From positions 68,148 to 132,147 of the forward strand of contig JAUHWH010000003.1 of the NCBI GenBank assembly GCA_030424715.1: 64,000 nucleotides of DNA. The letters are read 5' to 3'. Source of the stretch: Bdellovibrionia bacterium. Lineage in GTDB: Bacteria; Bdellovibrionota; Bdellovibrionia; Bdellovibrionales; JAGQZY01. Shown in pieces: positions 20,090 through 27,335 of this stretch (position 1 is its first letter; the number at the start of each line of letters is the position of its first letter). Made by a program: the position numbers and the translations under genes. The notes under the pieces were generated by a model. It saw nothing but the letters and a program-made list of their open reading frames with translations, had not been told where the DNA came from and did no database searches.

Positions 20090-20227
20090 TCATAAGCCAC
20101 TCCCATCATAATCAAGGTGTCCCTCCCCCCCCCTTTTTTTTTCCGATTTGGGGCGAGAGAGGTCTTTAGCCTGAATGGTTGCCATACAGAGGATGGTGGA
20201 GACTAAAATAGTAATTGGACGAATCAT
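20090..20227 (-). CDS. 45-aa signal-peptide-bearing micro-ORF containing an A9G9 tract
   Basis: Not in the ORF track (<60 aa). The ATG at 20227 lies 7 nt after the TauE stop, and that stop forms TAGGAG (SD-like). Translates MIRPITILVSTILCMATIQAKDLSRPKSEKKRGGEGHLDYDGSGL. Confidence 0.35.
   Translation of the reverse strand: MIRPITILVSTILCMATIQAKDLSRPKSEKKRGGEGHLDYDGSGL
20125..20142. repeat. Adjacent homopolymers C9 then T9 (A9G9 on the minus strand)
   Basis: Counted directly: C at 20125-20133, T at 20134-20142. Confidence 0.95.
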
Positions 20228-20236
20228 AGCAAACTC

Positions 20237-21025
20237 CTAACCCCATAATTCTTTACCTAACATTAGAGTCCCCATAATCAGAACAAACCATCCAAAGGCT
20301 TTCTTTAGACTTTGACTATCAACTTTGCGTGAAAACTTTGTACCGATCACTATCCCACCCATCGCCAGTGCGGTGAACATTGCAAGAAAAAGCCAGTCAA
20401 TATCTAACATTGACTGAATATCTCCTACAAAACCGAGCAAAGAATTGATGGTGATGATAAAAAGAGATGTTCCGACGGCGACCTTCATATCGAGTCCTGT
20501 TAAAAAGACGAGAGCTGGTACTATAAGAAATCCGCCACCCGCACCAACAAATCCTGTAAGGGCGCCGATCAGCAAGCCACTAATAATTACGATCATGGGT
20601 GAGGGATGTTTTTGTTCCACGCATTTTGCACTTCTGCCTTTGATCATCATTACTGAAGCAATCAGCATGACGATTGCAAAGGCCACCAAGATTAGAGAAT
20701 CCCTCGTCCATTCGAGACCTCCAAATTGACCCAACTGCTCTGGTATCATGGGGATAACGAAGCGCCTCATACTGTAGACGCTGATCAGGGCAGGGGTGGC
20801 AAAGTAGATTCCGGTCTTAAATGCAATCATTTTTCTTTTGTGATAGTCCCAAGCCGCCAATGCTGAGGCCACTCCGACCACAAAAAGTGAGTAGGCCGTA
20901 GCGTGAGGAGCATCGAGATAAAAAATGTAGGTGAGAATAGGGACTGTTAAAATGGACCCGCCTCCACCGGTGAGCCCAAGGACCGCTCCCATTACAATGG
21001 CTAAGGCAAAACCTAAGACTCCCAT
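20237..21025 (-). CDS. TauE/SafE-family sulfite/anion exporter
   Basis: 262 aa, polytopic. Duplicated GGGG motifs (LTGGGGSILTVP, GAGGGFLIVPAL). Confidence 0.85.
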   Translation of the reverse strand: MGVLGFALAIVMGAVLGLTGGGGSILTVPILTYIFYLDAPHATAYSLFVVGVASALAAWDYHKRKMIAFKTGIYFATPALISVYSMRRFVIPMIPEQLGQFGGLEWTRDSLILVAFAIVMLIASVMMIKGRSAKCVEQKHPSPMIVIISGLLIGALTGFVGAGGGFLIVPALVFLTGLDMKVAVGTSLFIITINSLLGFVGDIQSMLDIDWLFLAMFTALAMGGIVIGTKFSRKVDSQSLKKAFGWFVLIMGTLMLGKELWG

Positions 21026-21035
21026 TTTCCGACTC

Positions 21036-21899
21036 CTATCCCTTGTTTCGCAAAGGCAATTTGAGATAACTCATTCCATTGCTTTCTGGCTCCGGCATTT
21101 TTCCTGCCAGGGCATTGATTTGAATGCTGGGTAAAAGCAGCTTGGGCGCAGAAAGAGTTTTGTCTCGCTCGGTTCTCATCTTTACAAAGTCTTGTTTGGT
21201 GGTTTCTTCTTTCAGATGAATATTGTGTTTCTTTGACTCTGCAATAGAGGTCTCGTATCTAAGCTCTCGACCACCGGGTTGATAATCATGCCCGGTGAAC
21301 ACCCGAGTCTTCTCTGGGAGAGCGTAAATTTTATCGTGAACCGATTCGTAGAGGGTTTCTGCACTCCCCCCAGGGAAATCGCAACGGGCCACCCCAAAAT
21401 CCGGCATAAAAAGAGCGTCTCCTGTAAAAAGGGTATCTTCAAACAGATAAGATGAGCAGGCGGGTGTGTGGCCAGGCGTATGAATGACCTTGAAACTAAG
21501 GGTGCCGGCCTCAACAGTTTCTTGGTCTTTCAGTAGCCGATCAAACTGACGTCCATCGGTTTGAAACTCGTCACCGAAATTAAAAAGACCTTTGAAGGCC
21601 TCTTGCACCAATCCGATCTTGTCGCCAATCGCCACTTTCGCTTGAGGAAAATGCTCTTTGATTATCTGTGCTCCGGTTAAATGATCGGCATGGGCGTGGG
21701 TTTCAAGGATATAGTGAACATTAAGTTCATGTCCTTTGACAAACTGACTGACCTTTTCAGCAGACTCTGTCCAATAACTAGAGCTGGCTTGGTCGTAGTC
21801 CAGAACAGGATCAATAATGACACTGTCGCGGCTAGATTCATCCCACACGACATAGGTTAGGGTCCAAGTGTTTTTGTCAAAAAAAGTTTCGATTTTCAT
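21036..21899 (-). CDS. MBL-fold persulfide dioxygenase-like hydrolase (Blh/ETHE1-type)
   Basis: ETHAHADH metal motif, TPGHTP, and a C-terminal extension. Sits between the rhodanese and TauE genes. Confidence 0.8.
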   Translation of the reverse strand: MKIETFFDKNTWTLTYVVWDESSRDSVIIDPVLDYDQASSSYWTESAEKVSQFVKGHELNVHYILETHAHADHLTGAQIIKEHFPQAKVAIGDKIGLVQEAFKGLFNFGDEFQTDGRQFDRLLKDQETVEAGTLSFKVIHTPGHTPACSSYLFEDTLFTGDALFMPDFGVARCDFPGGSAETLYESVHDKIYALPEKTRVFTGHDYQPGGRELRYETSIAESKKHNIHLKEETTKQDFVKMRTERDKTLSAPKLLLPSIQINALAGKMPEPESNGMSYLKLPLRNKG

Positions 21900-21914
21900 A
21901 GTTTCCTCCGTTGA

Positions 21915-22457
21915 TTATTCACAAACTGTTTGTCCGGTGCTAGCCAGGCAGACTTCGTCTTTGAGTGTTGGTAGATTTTTGTTCCAGGGGGCAAGCGCCA
22001 GGATATTAGACATCAAGCAAATGCCACTGGCTCCAGCAAAAGTGAGGCCCGCAGTCACGAACCCCGCAAGCGCATAGAATCCGGGGTGCGCAAAATAACC
22101 CAGCAGCACTCCGGTCAGTCCAAGGCCACCCGCGATAAGGTGAGTTTGCCTTAGAATCGGAAGATGCTTCGATTTTCTGGCAATCGTTGGTTGCCCCTGT
22201 TTCTTCCAGTTGAGAATGCCTCCAGGATAAACCTCGTAACCTCCGTCGGGCTGAAATCCCAATCTTTTGGCTTGGTCCAGAGCCATCTTCGCTCGGGCAC
22301 CGCTACGACACATGATAACCACCTTGCGGTCCAAAAAGTGTCCAAGAACCCCTGGGGCGACCGAGTTAAAATTAGAAAGGGGAACATGCACAGAGTCTGC
22401 TATGGACTCAGCGTTAAACTCATCGAGCTCACGCACATCGATAATTACTTGTTTCAT
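21915..22457 (-). CDS. rhodanese domain fused to a YgaP/DUF2892-like membrane tail
   Basis: IIDVRE..EF, active-site loop CRSGARA, then two hydrophobic helices with GASGICLMSNILA. SD GGAGG lies upstream. Confidence 0.85.
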   Translation of the reverse strand: MKQVIIDVRELDEFNAESIADSVHVPLSNFNSVAPGVLGHFLDRKVVIMCRSGARAKMALDQAKRLGFQPDGGYEVYPGGILNWKKQGQPTIARKSKHLPILRQTHLIAGGLGLTGVLLGYFAHPGFYALAGFVTAGLTFAGASGICLMSNILALAPWNKNLPTLKDEVCLASTGQTVCE

Positions 22458-22482
22458 TAAAACCTCCTGATTACATTATCAG

Positions 22483-22504
22483 TATATTATAATTTTATAA
22501 TATA
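22483..22504. promoter_or_regulatory. Perfect palindrome TATATTATAA-TT-TTATAATATA, candidate operator in the divergent promoter region
   Basis: 10-bp arms with a 2-bp spacer, 26-47 bp upstream of the rhodanese start. The half-site TTATAATATA recurs at 22589-22598, just before the arsR-family ATG. Confidence 0.5.
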
Positions 22505-22603
22505 TCAATAGAGCGAGTCTCGTTTTAGGGCACTTTGGGGAGGGCTTGAAGTCGTATTCGACAAGGCATTGCTATAGCTATTAAATTATTATAATATATA
22601 GAT

Positions 22604-22906
22604 ATGAGTAAAAATATACCGACGCAAGAGCAGTGTGAGGTCGTCTCAGGCCTCTTAAAGAACCTAGCCCATCCCCAGAGGCTGATGATCCTCTGTCAGT
22701 TAACCGCGGGGCCAAAAACAGTGTCTGAACTTGAGGAGCTCTCAGGGGCCTCCCAGTCGGCAGTTTCCCAGTTTCTAGGGCGTATGAAGGCCGAAGGGCT
22801 AGTGGATGCCACTAGAGAAACCCAGTACGTTTACTACGAGATTAAAGACCCTCGGGTCAAAAAGCTGATCCAATCCCTCGACAGAATCTTTTGCGCCAAT
22901 CCCTGA
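22604..22906 (+). CDS. ArsR/SmtB-family regulator, BigR/SqrR-like persulfide sensor candidate
   Basis: wHTH (HPQRLMILCQL...VSELEELSGASQSAVSQFL). Cys31 and Cys97 are 66 residues apart, the spacing I recall for the sensing pair of BigR and SqrR. Confidence 0.8.
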   Translation: MSKNIPTQEQCEVVSGLLKNLAHPQRLMILCQLTAGPKTVSELEELSGASQSAVSQFLGRMKAEGLVDATRETQYVYYEIKDPRVKKLIQSLDRIFCANP

Positions 22907-22972
22907 TGCTCCTTAGGGGCTCTACAATTCTAAATACCGACCAGATTATTAGTCGCACCCCATCATAATCCT

Positions 22973-23209
22973 TTAAAGAGCGGCAGCGGTGGCTATAAAA
23001 CAGTCTTCAATGGTCTCTAGATCCATGCCTTGCTCATGGACCGTTAACCAAAACTCCAGGCCCTTGGAGTCTGCACTTTTGTCAATATATCTGCGATAAT
23101 ACCGCTTAATGTTGATTATTTCTTCAAAATTCACTCTATTCCAGTCTCCACTGCGCTGATGAGGAACGATCGCCACTGCGCCCCGTAAGGAATGGGGCTG
23201 CATGGACAT
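22973..23209 (-). CDS. hypothetical small protein, DUF4214-like (weak)
   Basis: 78 aa. RYYRRYIDKSADSKGLEFWLTVHEQGMDLETIEDCF resembles the DUF4214 pattern. Confidence 0.3.
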   Translation of the reverse strand: MSMQPHSLRGAVAIVPHQRSGDWNRVNFEEIINIKRYYRRYIDKSADSKGLEFWLTVHEQGMDLETIEDCFIATAAAL

Positions 23210-23268
23210 AGCTCATCGGGAAAGGTAGCCTCGGAGGCTTAAAAACCAACCTATGAAAAGAGGCTGAA

Positions 23269-25371
23269 ATGTTTAAAATATGGAGTTTATTGAGTGCTAT
23301 GCTGATTGTTATACCCGGCTGGGCCGCTTCGAAAAAACCTTTAAAAGAAAACCCAGTTTTTGCGGAATGGACCGGTCCTTACCAGGGAGTTCCTCCTTTT
23401 GATAAAATCGAAGTCGACGACTTTCAGCCCGCCATTGAAGGGGCCATGAAAAAAGCCCTGGCCGAATACCAAGCCATTGCCGACAACCCAGAAGCTCCGA
23501 CCTTTTCAAACACCATGCTACCCATGGAGAGAATCTCTCTTGACCTTGAGCGAGTGATGCTGCTTTTCTCCATTTGGAACAGCAATCTGAGTAACGAAGA
23601 GATTCAAAAAGTAGAAAAAGACATGGCCCCCAAACTCGCCGAGTTTGAAGACCAAGTGGTGCAAAACAAAAAGCTATTTGATCGCTTGGACACCCTCTAT
23701 AAAAAACGCACCATCAGCCAATGGTCTCCGGAGCAAGAGCGCTTGGTCTGGGACTATCATCAGAGCTTTGTAAAAAAAGGGGCTGCCCTCAACAAAAAAC
23801 AAAAAAAACGTGTGGCAGAAATCAACAAACGTCATGCCGAGCTGACCACCCAGTTCAGTCAGAACCTGTTGGTTGACGAAAATGAAGATCACCTTTTGAT
23901 CACCAACGAGAAAGACCTTAAAGGTTTGCCTCAGTGGCTGATCCAGTCGGCCAAACAAGAGGCCGATAAGCGTAACAAAAAAGGCTGGGTGATTGGCAAC
24001 ACTCGATCGTCTATGGAGCCTTTTGTCACTTACTGCCCCAATCGCGACCTTCGTGAAAAAGCTTTTAAAATTTGGACCGCCCGTGGCGACAACGGCAACA
24101 AGAGTGACAACAATAAAGTGATCAATGAAATCTTAAAGCTTAGAGCGGAGCGTTCTAAGATCATGGGTTACGACAGCTATGCCCATTGGCAGCTTTCTGA
24201 CAAAATGGCTAAAACCCCCCAGCAGGCCATGCAACTGATGATGAAGGTTTGGAAGCCGGCTATCAAGCAGGTCGATAAAGACGTGGCAGCCATGCAAAAG
24301 ATCGTCGACAAAGAAAAGGGTGGTTTCAAAATTGCCCCGTGGGATTATCGTTTTTACGCCGAAAAGCTGCGTAAAGCGCGTTACGACTTCGACATGGACT
24401 CAGTGAAACCCTACTTGCAACTGCCGAACCTTCAAGCCGCCATGTTTTGGATGGCCAAAGAGCTTTACGGTTTTGAGTTTTCAAAACTGGAAGACATCCC
24501 CGTGTTTCACCCTGACGTGACTGTTTTTAAGGTGACCAAGAAAAACAAGACAGTGGGCCTCTGGTATTTTGACCCCTATGCCCGTCAAGGCAAACGCTCG
24601 GGCGCTTGGATGAACGCTTACCGCATTCAACACCGGATCAGTGGTGATGTTCTCCCCATCGTTTCAAACAACTCCAACTTTGTAAAAGCCGGGGAGGGGG
24701 AGACCACCAAAGTCTCTTGGTCCGATGCTGAGACCATGTTTCATGAGTTTGGCCATGCCTTGCATGGTTTAAGCTCCAACGTGACTTATCCATCGCTCGC
24801 CGGAACCAGCACGGCCCGTGACTTTGTGGAGTTTCCGTCGCAGATCCATGAAGACTGGTTATCGACCCCTGAGGTGCTCAAGTTTTTAACCAACGACGAA
24901 GGGGAAGTGCTGCCGCAAAAGTTAGTGAAAAAACTCAAGCGAGCCGCTTCTTTTAACGAGGGATTCGCGACAACCGAGTATCTAGCTTCTGCTCTCGTGG
25001 ATATGAAGCTGCATTTAATAGAAAAGCCTGATGTGAACCCGAAGAACTTCGAGAAACAAACCCTCGACGACCTAGGGATGCCCAGTGAAATTGTGATGCG
25101 CCATCGTATGCCTCAGTTTGCCCACATCTTCTCAGGAGAAGGCTACTCTGCGGGTTACTACAGTTACCTGTGGTCCGATGTGTTGAGGCACGATGCCTTT
25201 AAGGCCTTCTTAGAGGCGAAGGGCCCCTATGATAAGGCCGTGGCCAAGCGCTTTCAGAAGAACATTCTGTCGGTGGGGAACACCGTTGACCCCGGACAAG
25301 CCTTTAAGAACTTCCGCGGCCGCGCCCCCAAGGTAAAGGCATTGCTACAATCAAAAGGCTTCGTGAGATAA
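23269..25371 (+). CDS. dcp: M3-family peptidyl-dipeptidase (Dcp-like), secreted
   Basis: 700 aa with a signal peptide. Zn motif HEFGHALH, plus the downstream FVEFPSQ.HE. Confidence 0.9.
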   Translation: MFKIWSLLSAMLIVIPGWAASKKPLKENPVFAEWTGPYQGVPPFDKIEVDDFQPAIEGAMKKALAEYQAIADNPEAPTFSNTMLPMERISLDLERVMLLFSIWNSNLSNEEIQKVEKDMAPKLAEFEDQVVQNKKLFDRLDTLYKKRTISQWSPEQERLVWDYHQSFVKKGAALNKKQKKRVAEINKRHAELTTQFSQNLLVDENEDHLLITNEKDLKGLPQWLIQSAKQEADKRNKKGWVIGNTRSSMEPFVTYCPNRDLREKAFKIWTARGDNGNKSDNNKVINEILKLRAERSKIMGYDSYAHWQLSDKMAKTPQQAMQLMMKVWKPAIKQVDKDVAAMQKIVDKEKGGFKIAPWDYRFYAEKLRKARYDFDMDSVKPYLQLPNLQAAMFWMAKELYGFEFSKLEDIPVFHPDVTVFKVTKKNKTVGLWYFDPYARQGKRSGAWMNAYRIQHRISGDVLPIVSNNSNFVKAGEGETTKVSWSDAETMFHEFGHALHGLSSNVTYPSLAGTSTARDFVEFPSQIHEDWLSTPEVLKFLTNDEGEVLPQKLVKKLKRAASFNEGFATTEYLASALVDMKLHLIEKPDVNPKNFEKQTLDDLGMPSEIVMRHRMPQFAHIFSGEGYSAGYYSYLWSDVLRHDAFKAFLEAKGPYDKAVAKRFQKNILSVGNTVDPGQAFKNFRGRAPKVKALLQSKGFVR

Positions 25372-25440
25372 AAACAACACCACAGCCACCCCGGGAGAAC
25401 CGTCTGTCGGGCGACCGAACTGTCGTCCAGGCCACTCTCT

Positions 25441-25516
25441 TGTCGTCCAGAGCGCAGCGAAGGACCTAGTGACGTGATCTCAGTGGTGCAGGTCCTTCGC
25501 TGCGCTCTGGACGACA
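25441..25516. repeat. REP-like perfect hairpin (27-bp arms, 22-nt loop) within a cluster of partial copies
   Basis: TGTCGTCCAGAGCGCAGCGAAGGACCT at 25441-25467 is exactly complementary to 25490-25516. Partial copies lie near 25421, 25530 and 25553. The element sits between convergent genes. Confidence 0.9.
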
Positions 25517-25593
25517 GTAGGAGGGCATCTCTGGACGGACTGTAGGAGGATCGCTCTGGACGACCGTTCGCTTGGTGACGGTCGATGGATTTT

Positions 25594-26340
25594 TTATTTC
25601 CGGGTCTTCGAAAGCAGCCGTAGGATTTCTAGATACAACCACACAAGAGTTATCAAAAGGCCGAAAGCGGCGTACCACTCCATGTATTTCGGCGCTTTTC
25701 GATCACAAGCGTTCTCGATAAAATCAAAGTCGAGAACTAAGTTCATAGAAGCCACACCAATCACCACCAATGAAAAGCCAATGCCCATTATTCCACCTTC
25801 GTGGATCATGGGGATTGAGCTACCAAAAAAGCTCATCACAAAACTGAGAAGATAAATCAGCATAATTCCACCGGTGGCAGCGGCTACGCCCAAGCGGAAG
25901 TTGTCGGTGACTTTAATCATCCCACTTTTATAAACCATCAGCAGGGCCGTAAAGACCGCAGCAGTGCCAAGAACGGCTTGAAAGACGATCCCGGGGTAGC
26001 GCGCCTCAAAAAGAACCGAAATACCACCCAACAGCACACCCTCAAGGATGGCGTACACAGGAGCCAGGTAAGGGGCCGTGGTTTGTTTAAAAATAATAAT
26101 GAGACTTACGATAAAGGCGCCAATCATAGCTGGCCAGCACCAAGTGGGGAGGCTAGGGATGGCCCCTTGCTCCCATCCGCGAGGAAAGGCTTGCTCCCAT
26201 GTAAAAAGGGCTGCGATAAAGACCAGGCCGATGAGAAAGAAGGACTTATTTACAGTCCCTTGTAAGGTCATGACTCCGTCGGTGGTAATGGAAGCGCTAC
26301 GAAAAGTTTTGTCGTTTAATGCTGGATTGGCTGTTCTCAT
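25594..26340 (-). CDS. Bax inhibitor-1/YccA-family membrane protein
   Basis: 248 aa with seven hydrophobic segments. N-terminal NPAL...F motif region and a basic C-terminus (LSKTRK). Confidence 0.8.
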   Translation of the reverse strand: MRTANPALNDKTFRSASITTDGVMTLQGTVNKSFFLIGLVFIAALFTWEQAFPRGWEQGAIPSLPTWCWPAMIGAFIVSLIIIFKQTTAPYLAPVYAILEGVLLGGISVLFEARYPGIVFQAVLGTAAVFTALLMVYKSGMIKVTDNFRLGVAAATGGIMLIYLLSFVMSFFGSSIPMIHEGGIMGIGFSLVVIGVASMNLVLDFDFIENACDRKAPKYMEWYAAFGLLITLVWLYLEILRLLSKTRK

Positions 26341-26464
26341 GGCCCCATTTTAAGCAAATGAAGTGATTTGTCCAATGAAAACTCTTTATTCTCGGTAAGG
26401 CGGGCTTCCAGTGGGTTTTAAATGAGAGATCGCCCTATTAGGCTATTGTGCAGATGAAAATTTC

Positions 26465-26827
26465 TTACCTTAACCAGAGGCGCGCTTCTTCAATGTCTTC
26501 GTTTTCAAAGGTTTTGATCTCAGCAGCAAGAATCGAGTCGAGGCGATTGCTCACGCTTGCAATCCAGTCTTTATCGGTAACCACTGCGATTTTATCGATT
26601 TTTTTGTATTGAGAAAAATTGTTGTAGGCAAACTTCAAATCATCAACCCAGGACATGACCTCCATGGTGGGGACCGAGTCGACTCGCTTCAGAACACGAA
26701 TGGGATCCCAACTTCGCAAAGGGGCCTCTACATCTTGAAAAACCTTTTTGAGTTCTTCGCGGCGAATTGCGCCTCCCACAGTGATCTCTAGAATATGGTT
26801 TTCTTCGTCGATATAATGATTGATCAT
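26465..26827 (-). CDS. STAS/SpoIIAA-like small protein
   Basis: 120 aa. The pattern ILEITVGG.I..EEL......, KIAVVTDKDWI matches the SpoIIAA-like family. Confidence 0.55.
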   Translation of the reverse strand: MINHYIDEENHILEITVGGAIRREELKKVFQDVEAPLRSWDPIRVLKRVDSVPTMEVMSWVDDLKFAYNNFSQYKKIDKIAVVTDKDWIASVSNRLDSILAAEIKTFENEDIEEARLWLR

Positions 26828-27304
26828 GGCAACTCCCTTTTGACTAACAACAAGATCTAAGTTTGCACTAAATTATTGGTTGTTGATAGACGCACCATCA
26901 CTCGGAAGCGAACTTTGTTCGTCAGAAGAGCCTAGCTGCATTTTTGAGTTGAAAAGGGCAGTGACCGCAAGGAATAACAGGGCGGCCATGGCGCCTATTG
27001 CCACTTCGTAGATCCAGCATGGTGAAACTAAAAGATACGGAGGTGGACACGAGGGGCCTTTCGTTCAGCGATGCGTGAAAAATAGACTTCCCACTAAAGA
27101 GGAGTGATGTAAAGCCGGGGGGTGTGTTTTTTTACAAAATTGACGTTAAATCTCGATGAAGTACTTCATTATAGCAATTCACTGTGCGTTTAAATTGAAA
27201 GATGGAGAAATTGAATTCTGGACTGGTTACTACGGCTTTCTCAGCACATTTCTATCGTCTTTCATTTAAAAGAAGAGTGAGTCTGGTCGAACACTTGAAA
27301 TTCG

Positions 27305-27332
27305 ATGATCACCCAACATGTGGGGTGATCAT
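27305..27332 (-). terminator. stem-loop immediately after the fibre gene stop (weak U tract)
   Basis: ATGATCACCC at 27305-27314 pairs with GGGTGATCAT at 27323-27332, with an 8-nt loop. On the minus strand it is followed by CGAAUUUCAAG. Confidence 0.4.
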
Positions 27333-27335
27333 TCA

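Noticed and set aside
26880-27010. Minus-strand micro-ORF encoding a TM-like peptide (…WIYEVAIGAMAALLFLAVTALFNSKMQLG…) in the 500-bp gap downstream of the fibre gene and upstream of the STAS gene.
   Set aside because: There is no SD before either candidate start (GTG or ATG), and a stop lies shortly upstream. It cannot be supported from sequence alone.
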